Below are positions 29,770 to 40,019 of a stretch of 64,000 nt of DNA, piece after piece; within the stretch, counting starts at the first letter, position 1, and each line of letters begins with the position of its first letter. The notes below the pieces were generated by a model. The model had not been told where the DNA came from and searched no databases. It saw only the letters and a program-made list of their open reading frames with translations. The position numbers and the translations under genes are program-made. The DNA comes from Candidatus Bathyarchaeota archaeon (GTDB taxonomy: Archaea; Thermoproteota; Bathyarchaeia; Bathyarchaeales; Bathycorpusculaceae). Where the stretch lies: contig OY970340.1 in the NCBI GenBank assembly GCA_963717465.1, positions 288,001 to 352,000 on the forward strand, given 5' to 3'.

Positions 29770-30180
29770 GTTTACGTCTTATTTGTTTAGGGCAATTAGG
29801 CTTTTCGGGAAGACAGCAAAAGAATAATTAACCCATAGTAAATAGCAAGACTACTCTAAATTCCCATTATCCTTAGGGATGCCTAGCGGAACGCCTATAA
29901 GCGATAAAGAATCTTTCTTGAGAGATTCATCTGGAGAGGCGGATTCAAATCGAACGAAGGGGTATGAGCAACTTGCAAGATTCTTTGCTTTGCTTAGTTT
30001 TAACTTGATAAGTAAGCTTTTCAGCCCTTTACTGAAAACGCGTTCTGCCTTTAAGAAGAATAGGAGCTTGAGGCGTCATGAACTTACTTGCACGCCTTTA
30101 CTACATTTGGCGAAGATTCTCCAAGATGATCTCAATTTTCATAGTTGTCGTTGACGTAATGAATTTGGGGCATCTTTTCT

Positions 30181-30513
30181 TTGAATAACAAACTGCATGC
30201 ATTAGTCGCCATATTTGTTGAGTCTCACAGAATAGATGATGTACTTCAAGCTATCTCCAACGCCACAAACGTGGAAAAAATTTATGAAGTAACCGGGGAA
30301 TTTGACATTGTTACTCAGGTTTCCGCCGAGGACATAGAAAACTTCAGAGACATCATAAAGAGTATAATGAAGATAACAGGAGTAAAAAGCACTGTTAGCT
30401 CCTTTATTTTAGCATCTCACAAACATTCTTACGAAAACAAACGTAATTCAAGGCAGAAAAGCAGGAATCGAAAGGCAGCCTCAGCATCACCAGTAAAAAA
30501 CCATAAAGACTGA
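30181..30513 (+). CDS. Stand-alone Lrp/AsnC RAM domain protein with basic tail
   Basis: IYEVTGEFDIV, ITGVKSTVSSFIL. Confidence 0.85.
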   Translation: MNNKLHALVAIFVESHRIDDVLQAISNATNVEKIYEVTGEFDIVTQVSAEDIENFRDIIKSIMKITGVKSTVSSFILASHKHSYENKRNSRQKSRNRKAASASPVKNHKD

Positions 30514-30623
30514 CGAGCCATAACGAAAAAACTGTTTTTTCAAAGATTAAAAAAAATCCACTTAAGTCAATGACCTCACAAAGGAGCACTATCTCGTCTA
30601 TTTTCACTTATTGATATTGCTCG

Positions 30624-31241
30624 TTATGGCTGCTTCATGAACTCTATAAATTCTTCAAGGGTTCTTGGCTTCAGGGTGTAGTTAGTTTTTTTCTCTTCGC
30701 CGATAGTCGAATAAGGTCTTTGGCCATAATCGTGCCCTGGATAAACTTCTACAGCATCATCAAGTTTAGATAACTTGTTAAGCAGGCTATCGTACATGCT
30801 TTTTGAGTTGCCACTTGAAAGATCGGTTCGTCCGCATTCGCCTACAAAAAGGGTATCACCCGTTAACAATTTCTTGCCGTCTACAAGCAAGCAAATGCTA
30901 TCAGGAGTATGTCCAGGCGTATAAATGACTTTAATCAGTACGCTACCCACTTGTAAAACGTCACCATCATCAGCGGCTACGTCAAAACTTGCTTGCGAAA
31001 GTTTGTAGGCAACTATTTTTGCACCAAAAAGTGAACGCAACTCCGCGTTGCCGCCGGTGTGATCAAAATGGCCATGCGTGTTAAAGATGTATTTTAACTT
31101 GAATTTTTCAGCTTTTAAAACGCGAGTTAATTCTTTTCCATTGTAGCTTGAATCCACTACTGCAGCTTCAAAGGAAGACTCATCAGCTACGATGTAAGAA
31201 AAGTTATCGCCGCTCGTTTGTCTGATTTGCCTTAAAAACAT
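30624..31241 (-). CDS. Metallo-beta-lactamase-fold hydrolase (glyoxalase II-like)
   Basis: THGHFDH, TPGHTPDS, TGDTLF, YPGHDY. Confidence 0.92.
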   Translation of the reverse strand: MFLRQIRQTSGDNFSYIVADESSFEAAVVDSSYNGKELTRVLKAEKFKLKYIFNTHGHFDHTGGNAELRSLFGAKIVAYKLSQASFDVAADDGDVLQVGSVLIKVIYTPGHTPDSICLLVDGKKLLTGDTLFVGECGRTDLSSGNSKSMYDSLLNKLSKLDDAVEVYPGHDYGQRPYSTIGEEKKTNYTLKPRTLEEFIEFMKQP

Positions 31242-31640
31242 TTTTCAACCACCTACACATCCATTTTATGATTTCTCTATTTTGAAGGTTCTTGTTTGAA
31301 ACTTTTTTCTCATGAAATCCTCAAAGAGAAATTTTGATTTAATAAATGGTTCCTGTTAACTAATAGCCCGTCCCGTAAAAAGCTTTGTTAACTAAACTGT
31401 CAATAACTGCACGATGTACTTCTCCACCAACATTTCATTGGAAATAAAAGACTATAGTGCTCAAAATTAATTAAGGATTTAAGGGGACTGAGCACTAATT
31501 ACTTGATTCACAGGCTTCCATTAAGTTCTTTTACAACATTGCATCCATTGAAAGTATCTTTTACAAAAAAAGTGCAATATTTTTTTAGCAAATATTAAAT
31601 ATAACTTAGGTAGAATTGGATGCCTAGAGGTGACCAATGT

Positions 31641-31949
31641 ATGCCTCAAAGTGAACCAAAAAAGGAACCTAAGTCAACCTTTTCTTTAAAAGAGGAACTA
31701 AATAAAGACGACATTCTCCTGTTAGATATGCTGAGAAGCCCGATTGAAACATTAAAGAATCGTGATATACTTTGCGATCAGGTAATGGTAAACCATCTCA
31801 ACGTTGCTCGCGATGATATTATGAAAAGAGCTAGAGCAGTATTCATAGAAGTGGGTTTGAAACATGACGCAATTCGCGAAGATGGAACCCAAGGATGCCA
31901 AGGTTGCAATGGATGCCAAGGATGCGGGTCAAAACACGTAATGATGTAG
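31641..31949 (+). CDS. Putative RiPP precursor: long leader + Cys-repeat core (QGCQGCNGCQGCGS)
   Basis: SD GAGGTGA before ATG 31641; four 9-bp repeats at 31890-31925; ends 13 bp before the radical SAM gene. Confidence 0.65.
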   Translation: MPQSEPKKEPKSTFSLKEELNKDDILLLDMLRSPIETLKNRDILCDQVMVNHLNVARDDIMKRARAVFIEVGLKHDAIREDGTQGCQGCNGCQGCGSKHVMM

Positions 31950-31962
31950 ACAAAAGAGGAAT

Positions 31963-33069
31963 ACGCAAACGAAAGATACAACACCAATTCTTGCACAATG
32001 GGACATCACCACCGGCTGCAACTTTTCATGTTCATTTTGCCTTAGCAGTAGCGGACAGCGATCAAGAAATGAACTTAACAGTTCACAAGCAATTGAAGTA
32101 ATAAACAGGCTGTATGACGCGGGGATTTTGTTTCTTCGAATACTCGGTGGTGAACCTTTTTTCCGCAAGGATATAATGGATATAATTAATTATGCGACGA
32201 AAAAGGGGATGCTAATTTCTTTTAGCACCAACGGTTCATTGATAACAAAACAAGTTGCCAAGAACCTTAAAGCGGTTGAAAACAACATCAATTACTTTCA
32301 GGTTAGTCTGTACGGTGCAGATTCGCCCTCGTACGAAAAAGTTACGAAAAACCCTCAGGGTTTCAAACTCGTAACGAAAGGGATTCAAAACTTAATTGAA
32401 ATCGGTATGAAACCAAGCATTTTTTGGGTGTTAACTAAAGACAATATAGATCAAGTTGAGAAGGCATACGAACTTGTGTCGAAATTAGGCCTTTCTGAAC
32501 TTAGACTCTCATCTAAGCTTAATTTGGGAAGAGGCAAAACTGATTGTGAATCCGATCCTACAGAATCGATAGAAGCTTGGCGGAAAACCTTGATTATCCT
32601 AAAACAATTAGATAACATGACAAAGTTAGCTGGATCGCCAAGAGTTGTTTTACATGAAAGACCCCTGCTTGGCGAATACCTATATCATTTAACGGGTTTA
32701 CCATACTTTTTTGTAACTTGTAAAGCTGCAACAACGATGATTTATGTCAATTCAGAGGGATATTGCAGTCCATGTCCCTTCTCAACTAATATGCCCAGTA
32801 TGTATGATCCATTAGGACTAAGCAAAGCGCCTACTTGTTTGAATATTCTTGAAAATAGTTTTAGTGAAATTTGGAATTCAGACATTTTTATGACTTACCG
32901 CAAACTCCAAGATCCAAATTTTAATCCGAAGGAAATATTCGTCAAGTGTCCTCATTTTAAAAGTGGGTTCTGCGATCCATGTGTATTTACACCCTGCACA
33001 TGTAGATTTTCAATGGAATTGATCGCAAAAGCCTTCAAAGCAAACCAAACAAACAAAATTATCATTTGA
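31963..33069 (+). CDS. Radical SAM/SPASM-domain enzyme (peptide maturase-like); extends 5' of the called ORF
   Basis: In-frame upstream WDITTGCNFSCSFC (CxxxCxxC), GGEPF, STNG, VSLYG; C-terminal C-x12-GxCxPC and CPHFKSGFCDPCVFTPCTC. Confidence 0.9.
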   Translation, partial: TQTKDTTPILAQWDITTGCNFSCSFCLSSSGQRSRNELNSSQAIEVINRLYDAGILFLRILGGEPFFRKDIMDIINYATKKGMLISFSTNGSLITKQVAKNLKAVENNINYFQVSLYGADSPSYEKVTKNPQGFKLVTKGIQNLIEIGMKPSIFWVLTKDNIDQVEKAYELVSKLGLSELRLSSKLNLGRGKTDCESDPTESIEAWRKTLIILKQLDNMTKLAGSPRVVLHERPLLGEYLYHLTGLPYFFVTCKAATTMIYVNSEGYCSPCPFSTNMPSMYDPLGLSKAPTCLNILENSFSEIWNSDIFMTYRKLQDPNFNPKEIFVKCPHFKSGFCDPCVFTPCTCRFSMELIAKAFKANQTNKIII

Positions 33070-33257
33070 GCATATGATTTACCTCAATAAACGTTTAGAT
33101 AAGACGCCAACCCCATGCTAACCAACTTGAACGATTAACTTAAAAATTCTTCTTTCAAGGGCGGCCGCATAAGCACTTGTTGTGATTTGAATAAGCTTTT
33201 ATACGAATTTGCTGAGATGATAAAAAAAGCGTGCATCCGAGTGAGGATAAAGACTAA

Positions 33258-36200
33258 ATGCCGTACATTAAAAAAATTGAGTTAAAAGGCTTTAAGTCTT
33301 TTGGACCGCAAACCGTTAAAGTAGTACTGGATAAAGGCTTCACTGCTATAACAGGTCCAAACGGAAGCGGAAAAACCAACATTATGGATGCAGTATTATT
33401 CTCATTAGGTGAATTAAGCACAAGAAGACTTCGCGCTGAAAACGCTTCCAACCTGATTTTTCACGGTTCAGAAAAAGCCGGGCAAGAAAAAGCAAAGATG
33501 GCAAAAGTCGTCATTCAATTTGACAACACTGACGGCACAATGGCGGTCGACACTACGACGGTTACTATTTCTCGGGAAGTTTACAGGAATGGCCAAAGCG
33601 TTTACAGGCTTAACGGCAGAAGAATGTCACGCACTAACATTATAGATACGCTCTCCATGGCTGCAATAAGCAGCGTTAGCCAAAACATTATTCCCCAAGG
33701 CACAATTACACGGTTAACAGACATTAACCCGATTGAGCGAAGAAAAATAATCGAAGACCTAATTGGAATCGCACAGTACGATGCGGAAAAAGCTGAAGCT
33801 GAAGATAAACTTCGAACGGCAGACATTTCAATTCGAACAGCCATGGGCAGAATCGACGAAGTTCAAAAACGCCTTGACGACTTAGAACGAGAACGCAACC
33901 AACTCTTACGTTACAATTTTATTCAAAACGAAATCAAAAAATTTGAGGCAATAAAAATCTCGCATGAAGTTAGACAGCTAAACAAAAAAATTGAAGAAAC
34001 AAATGGTCAAACTGAAAAAATCATCGCTAAAGTTGACCGCTTAAAGGGACTCCGTGACATGAGAAGGTTAAAACGCCGTGAAATTGAAGGCGAATGGAGA
34101 AAACTAAGCGGAGAAACCCTTGAAGAAGGCGGCTCACAGGTTCTTAAGGTACAAATAAAAATTGGCGAATTAAAATCTAAACTCACCGAGTTATCTTCAA
34201 AAATCAGTTCTGGGCAAGCAAGCCTTGAAAGTCTAAAGCGGGTAAAAGAAAACAATCAGGAACAACACGAAACAATTCAAAAAGAAATCAAAGATAACCG
34301 ATTAAAAATTCGCGTTCATCGAGCTGCTTATGAAAAAATTCAAAGCCAGATAAACCTGAAAAAGACTGAGCATGATAGTCTTGCTCAAGAAACAGCTCAG
34401 CTTTGGGAAGGCTTAGGAGATAACAGCCAGAAAATACGCGGATTGGAGATGCAAGTTGAAACTCACATGCGAAGGTTGGCTTACTTGCGCTCTGAATACA
34501 CAAAAGATAAGGCGGCCCTTCGAATCAGTTCAGGTCGACTAAAGAATTTGAATGTCCGCAAAGAAAAGTTCGTTGCAAGTCTAAAGGAAATTGAGACAAG
34601 CCTAAATGAATTAGAAAAAGTTCAAAAAGACCAAAAAGACCAGCTTAAAAACCTGGAAACTATCATTGACCGTAAATTGATCTCAGAAGGAAACTGTTGG
34701 AAAAGAAATTTCAGAAGCAGAAAGAATAGCTGGTTCAGCTAAGGATGCAGTAATAGAATTTGCTACACAACGTGAGCTTGCAGCAACAATAGCAGCTGAA
34801 GAAAAAGCCTTAAGAAGCATTGAAGAAATGGGCGACGCTGGAGCACTTAATGGAATTCACGGAAGACTTCGCAATTTAGTTAAAATTGACAAGAATTACA
34901 AGAAAGCTATAGATGCAGCAGCGATAGGATGGCTTGACGCTTTAGTCGTAAAAGATATTGACTCAGCGTTCATGTGCGCTGAAACGCTTAAAAAAATGAA
35001 GCTGGGACGAATAAAAATCATCCCTTTACAGGGAGCCATTAATCCGAAAAAGAAAGATACCCCTCATAGAGAAGGGGTAGTTGGTGCGCTCTCGCAATTT
35101 TTAAATTACGAGACAACGTTTGAGAGTGCCGTAAATTACGTTTTCGGAGATACCATGGTCGTTTCTAATGATCAGACAGGCTTTGATCTTTCAAATGAGG
35201 GATACCGTGCAGTCACGGTTAACGGTGACTTGTATGAGCCAGGAGCCTTTGAAAGCGGTTATTACCGAGCACCTATTGACTTCTCAACAATTATTCCAAG
35301 TGAAACCGCTATTAAAAGTCTAGATGAAGCAGTTAAAGCGCTTCAACAGCATCTTACTCAACGAGGAACAGACATAACGGGCATCGAAGAAGAAATTGAC
35401 CGTAACAAAATTGAAATGACACGACTGCTGGAATCCATTAACACTTTGGATAGGGAAATAATTAGAATTAAACGAAGCGTTAAACGAACTCAATTCAACA
35501 TTAGACACGTGGATAAGTATGGCGGAAAACTTGAACGGGAAAACGCAGCTTACAAAGGCCGCATGAGCATGTACGTATCTGAGCGAAACGCTATTAAACG
35601 GTTGCTACAGAAAGCTTCACTCAGACATAGCTACCTTAAGATTAAAAACAGATATGGGTCATATTCAAGAACTTGAAGTTCAACGAGAAAAACTTGCAGA
35701 AGAATTAAACACTTTACGCCAAAACTTGGGCTCCGCGCAAACGGAAATTTCAACATGCCAATCACAATTTGACAATGTTCTAAGAACAGGTTATCAAAAC
35801 GTTAAGATTCAAATATCAAAGATTGAACAGCAACAGAAACGTTTGGATAAAGAAGTTGCTGATGCACTTCAAGAACGTGAATCACTTAAGCAGGAAATAA
35901 ATGAACTGGAAAAAAGTCGCGTTGAAATTTCAAAAGCAGTTTTCTCAGCACGCGAAGAATCAAGAAAGTTCACTTCTCAAATAGACACAATCGATACTGA
36001 ATTAAGATTGCTTGATGCAGAGTATGAACAGTCGGAAATGCTTCTAAATCAGCTCCAACTCAGCGTGCAAACTTATAACTTGACGACTGCAACAGCATCA
36101 AAGCCAACTAAAGCAGTATCGGTTACGAGCAGCCTTTAGAAGCGACGGATAAGCAGGTAGAAGAGGCAGAGACTAGCATTCAAATGATGCAGTTTGAACT

Positions 36201-36814
36201 TGAAAGAATAGGAGCAATAAATCAGCTTGCACTTTCTCATTATGCAGATCAAATTTCAAGGTATAGAGAATTATCGATGCGTCTAAACGAGTTAGAAAGG
36301 GAAAAGCAAGCAATCGTTCAATTCATGGATGAAGTTGAAGCGAAAAAACGCAAAGTCTTCATGACTGCATTCGAAAAAATCAATGCCTAGATTAAAAGTT
36401 TATTTCTCAAAACTCACTGGTGGAGGAGATACCGAGCTAAAGCTGGAAAACCCCGATGAACCCTTCGCTGGAGGAATAGACATGTTAGTGCAGTTCCCAA
36501 ATAAACCATCTATCGTTGTTAGTGGAGCAAGCGGTGGCGAGCGTTCAGTTTCAGCAGTCAGCTTCATATTCTCACTAAAAGAGTTAACTCCAGCATCATT
36601 CTACATTCTTGATGAAGTTGACGCCCACCTAGACGCTTTCCACACAACAAAGCTTGCTGATTTACTTTTGGAGGAAGCGGGGAAAACTCAATTTATCGTG
36701 ATTACTTTAAGACCTGAAATGGTCAATAAAGCCCAAAAAGTTTATGGAGTCTATGAGAGAAATGGCGTTTCAAACGTTGTCACTGCTAAATTTCCGGGGC
36801 AGCTGCTTAAATGA
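33258..36814 (+). CDS. smc: Chromosome segregation ATPase SMC (about four frameshifts)
   Basis: GFKSF, Walker A GPNGSGKTN, hinge, SGGERS, Walker B YILDEVDAHLD. Confidence 0.93.
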
Positions 36815-37515
36815 CGCAAACGCCAACTCGCAGACCCTTCTATTTACGTCCACCATGGAATATTCTGTTCGAGTTAAGTAAACTGGAGAAGCTTACTCCA
36901 TGGAACATTAACATTGCTTACTTGCTCGGATCGTTTCTTACCGAAATGGAGCGTGATGGAAAAGTGGATTTCAGGGCTTCTGGTGTTGCATTGGATTCTT
37001 CAGCGTTAATATATTTAATGAAGTCAAAGCTTTTGCTTACTTTGCAGGAGCCACCTGTAGAGCCTAAACCAGTGGGAGATTTTGTTCCGCCACCCTTATT
37101 TTTACCCTTAAGACACGAGTTAACATCAACAACTATTCATCATTTACTTGAAGTCTTAGACGACGTGCTTAAAGGAGAAAAACTGCTTCACCTTGACAGA
37201 ACAATTGTTCAGCAGCCTGTTCTGCCAGCAGTTTCAGATTTGATGCCACAATTTGACGAGTTCATCGCAGAACTTGAACTGCAAATGGATAAATTGTATG
37301 CACAATTAGTTGAGAAAGTCAAGGGTTCAGGAATAATAGATTTTTCCACATTAACAAAGGGTGCAACTCGAATAGAAGCAATTCGTATATTCATTTACCT
37401 GTTATTTTTAGCTCAGGATGGCTTAGTTAGTTTGTGGCAAAATGAAGAAACAGAAGAATTATACATAGCAGTGGGTAGCCTAAATGTTGGAAAAGTCGGA
37501 AAACCAAGCAGTTAA
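36811..37515 (+). CDS. scpA: Kleisin ScpA
   Basis: PWNINI, FRASG, FIYLLFL..LWQ; overlaps smc stop. Confidence 0.85.
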   Translation: MTQTPTRRPFYLRPPWNILFELSKLEKLTPWNINIAYLLGSFLTEMERDGKVDFRASGVALDSSALIYLMKSKLLLTLQEPPVEPKPVGDFVPPPLFLPLRHELTSTTIHHLLEVLDDVLKGEKLLHLDRTIVQQPVLPAVSDLMPQFDEFIAELELQMDKLYAQLVEKVKGSGIIDFSTLTKGATRIEAIRIFIYLLFLAQDGLVSLWQNEETEELYIAVGSLNVGKVGKPSS

Positions 37516-38089
37516 AAGAAGAAGACGTTGAACAAGCTATAGATAATGATGAAAAGGTAAGGCAGTGCCTTTCATTAATTGAAGCTGCACTGTACGTTTC
37601 AGGAAGACCATTAGATCTAAATGAGCTCTGCCAAGTTATAGGCAGCCGATCAAAAAAGAAAGCAAAGAAATACGCAGACATTCTTATGCAGAAGTATTCC
37701 GCCCGCAATACTGCACTAGAAATTTTAGCGTTAAAGGACGAACGCTACGTTCTGCAAGTCAAAGCTGATTACACGCCGTTAGTTAAGAAACTTGTTAACA
37801 GACCACTGCTTTCTTCAGGTCCACTAAAAACTTTGTCCTACATCGCGTACAGGCAACCGATTTCGCAGAAACGCGTGATTGATGTACGGGGCAGCATGCT
37901 TATGGACACATAAAGATGCTTAAAGACATGAATTTGATTAATTCTGAGAAAAGCGGTCGCTCCATGGCTTTGAAAACTACAGATTACTTCGCTGATTACT
38001 TCGGGCTATCTCATGATACTGGAGTGATGAAGAAAGAGTTGAAACGTATTTTCGGTGAAGCAATAAAAGAAGAGGAACAACCATCCTAA
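37484..38089 (+). CDS. scpB: ScpB (frameshifted)
   Basis: LIEAALYVSGRPL, LKTLSYIAYRQPI, TTDYFADYFG. Confidence 0.87.
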
Positions 38090-38353
38090 TGTGTTGTGAA
38101 ATTTTCTGATTTTCATATTATGCTTATAATAATTTTAACATGAATTTATTGGATAAACTTGCATTTTTCGAAATTAAATTTTAAATCCAGTTTATTTAAA
38201 CCATGTTTAGTTATTGTTTCCTATTAATTGGAATCTAAAAACTTTTAACATATTATTAGAATTCTAAAAAAACATATTTCAAATCATTCTAATTAAAAAC
38301 TGTATCTGAAATTCATAAGCTTATTTACATAATAAAATGTTCTTTCAATAAAT

Positions 38354-39790
38354 ATGAGGTCATTATATATGTCTATTGATACACAAAATAATCAAGCTCA
38401 AATCGAACAACTTGAAGCAGAAAACAAACAGCTCCTGGATGATTTTATCAACTTCATAAAGGAAGCTATTGATGGAGCCAAAGAAATCTCAGTGATGAGC
38501 GACGAAACGCTGAAACTGAGCAAAGAAACAATAACATTGGCTTTTAGCGTTGAAGGAAACGCCAATAAAGTCGCCGATACTGCAAGCAAAGCAGCCTCAA
38601 GCGCTCAACAGAGTGTTGATGCTGCTTTATCGTTGGTCAATGAGGCTGAGAATTCTATGGCAGCGGCTGTAAATGTAGTGGAATTTGGAAATAAAGTTTC
38701 AAGCCTATCTAATGATTTGGTAGCTGGTATGCAGCAAATAGCCTCTGCCTCAAAAGAAGTAGCTAAGGGCGCACAAAAACTCTCCGAACTGTCCCAAAGG
38801 GCTGCATCGAGCACTGAATCATTAAATAAAGTTATGGATGAAGCGGGTACAATAGCTAAGGAAACTTCAGTCATAACCGGCGATGCTGTAAAAAGATCAA
38901 AGGATGCAAACGACCAAGGTCAAAAGGGTCTTTTAGCGATTGAGAATATTAAAAGTAACATTACAAGAGTTTCTGAAGCTGTAACATCAATGGTTAACGC
39001 TGTTGAGCAGGTTGGGCAGATGGCTAATTCCGTCTCAGATATAGCTGGCCAAACAAACATGCTGGCGTTAAATGCTGCGATAGAAGCGGCTAGAGCGGGA
39101 GAAGCAGGAAGAGGCTTTGCAGTAGTTGCTGATGCCGTTAAAGGCTTAGCCGGGCAATCAAAAGTAGCGGCAGGATCAGCCATCAACCTAGTAAAAGGCA
39201 TCAAAGAAGCAGGCATTCAGACTAATTCCATAACCCAGCAATCACAGACAGGCGCAGCCGAGGGAGCAAAAGTCGTTTTAGGTTCTATAAAAGAGTTAGA
39301 TGGAATAGCTGAAATAATGAATGAAATAGCAAGCAAAGTAAGCCTTTTAACGACGGGCGTTGAACGAGGACTCGCCGCATTGGGATCAGTGGTTAGCGTA
39401 ATTAATGAGGTTGCATCCATTGCAGAGGAAAGCTCATCAGCCTCAGAGGAGACTTCTTCAGCAATTGAGCAACAAGCCTCTGCTTCACAAGAAATCACTG
39501 ATATCGCTGGTTATGTTTCTGCCTCTGCTGATTACGTATCTCAATCAGCCAAAGAAGCAAAAAAAGACGCACCAATCATTGCAAAGGCTTTAGATGAAGT
39601 GGCTGCTGGCGTTAATACAGTACAAATAACTGCAAAAGAAGTAGCATCTACCTCGCAAAGCGTTTCAAAAACAATGGAAGAAATTGGAAAAATAAACGAG
39701 AAAGAAAAACAAGCGCTAAATAGGCTAATTGACAAGCGCAGACTAATGCTTGACGAATTAACAAAGAAAAAAGCAAAATATTCAAACTAG
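38354..39790 (+). CDS. Soluble methyl-accepting chemotaxis protein
   Basis: [30 protein letters not shown]; no TM. Confidence 0.9.
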   Translation: MRSLYMSIDTQNNQAQIEQLEAENKQLLDDFINFIKEAIDGAKEISVMSDETLKLSKETITLAFSVEGNANKVADTASKAASSAQQSVDAALSLVNEAENSMAAAVNVVEFGNKVSSLSNDLVAGMQQIASASKEVAKGAQKLSELSQRAASSTESLNKVMDEAGTIAKETSVITGDAVKRSKDANDQGQKGLLAIENIKSNITRVSEAVTSMVNAVEQVGQMANSVSDIAGQTNMLALNAAIEAARAGEAGRGFAVVADAVKGLAGQSKVAAGSAINLVKGIKEAGIQTNSITQQSQTGAAEGAKVVLGSIKELDGIAEIMNEIASKVSLLTTGVERGLAALGSVVSVINEVASIAEESSSASEETSSAIEQQASASQEITDIAGYVSASADYVSQSAKEAKKDAPIIAKALDEVAAGVNTVQITAKEVASTSQSVSKTMEEIGKINEKEKQALNRLIDKRRLMLDELTKKKAKYSN

Positions 39791-40019
39791 AGGAAAAATA
39801 GTGAAATTGATGGCAAAAGAAAAATTTTTTGCTAATCAAGAGCTATTACTTTTTTTGTGTTCTTGAATTAAAGTCATTTTATCTAGTTTTCTTGAACGCT
39901 TAAGGAATTAGTTAATATAATTTCTTAAGCTTTGCCTGATGCCTATGTAAGATGTTGAAAAAAAGGTTTTAGGTTAGTTTCTGTTCCAATTAATTTAAAT
40001 AAATAGGTTTAACCTAGTT

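Noticed and set aside
29830..30180. Riboswitch (for example c-di-AMP) or 91-aa gene upstream of the Lrp domain gene
   Set aside because: No recognisable aptamer consensus; ORF lacks motifs
31895..32101. 68-aa ORF MPRLQWMPRM as a separate gene or precursor
   Set aside because: Alternate frame overlapping the Cys-repeat core and the true radical SAM N-terminus
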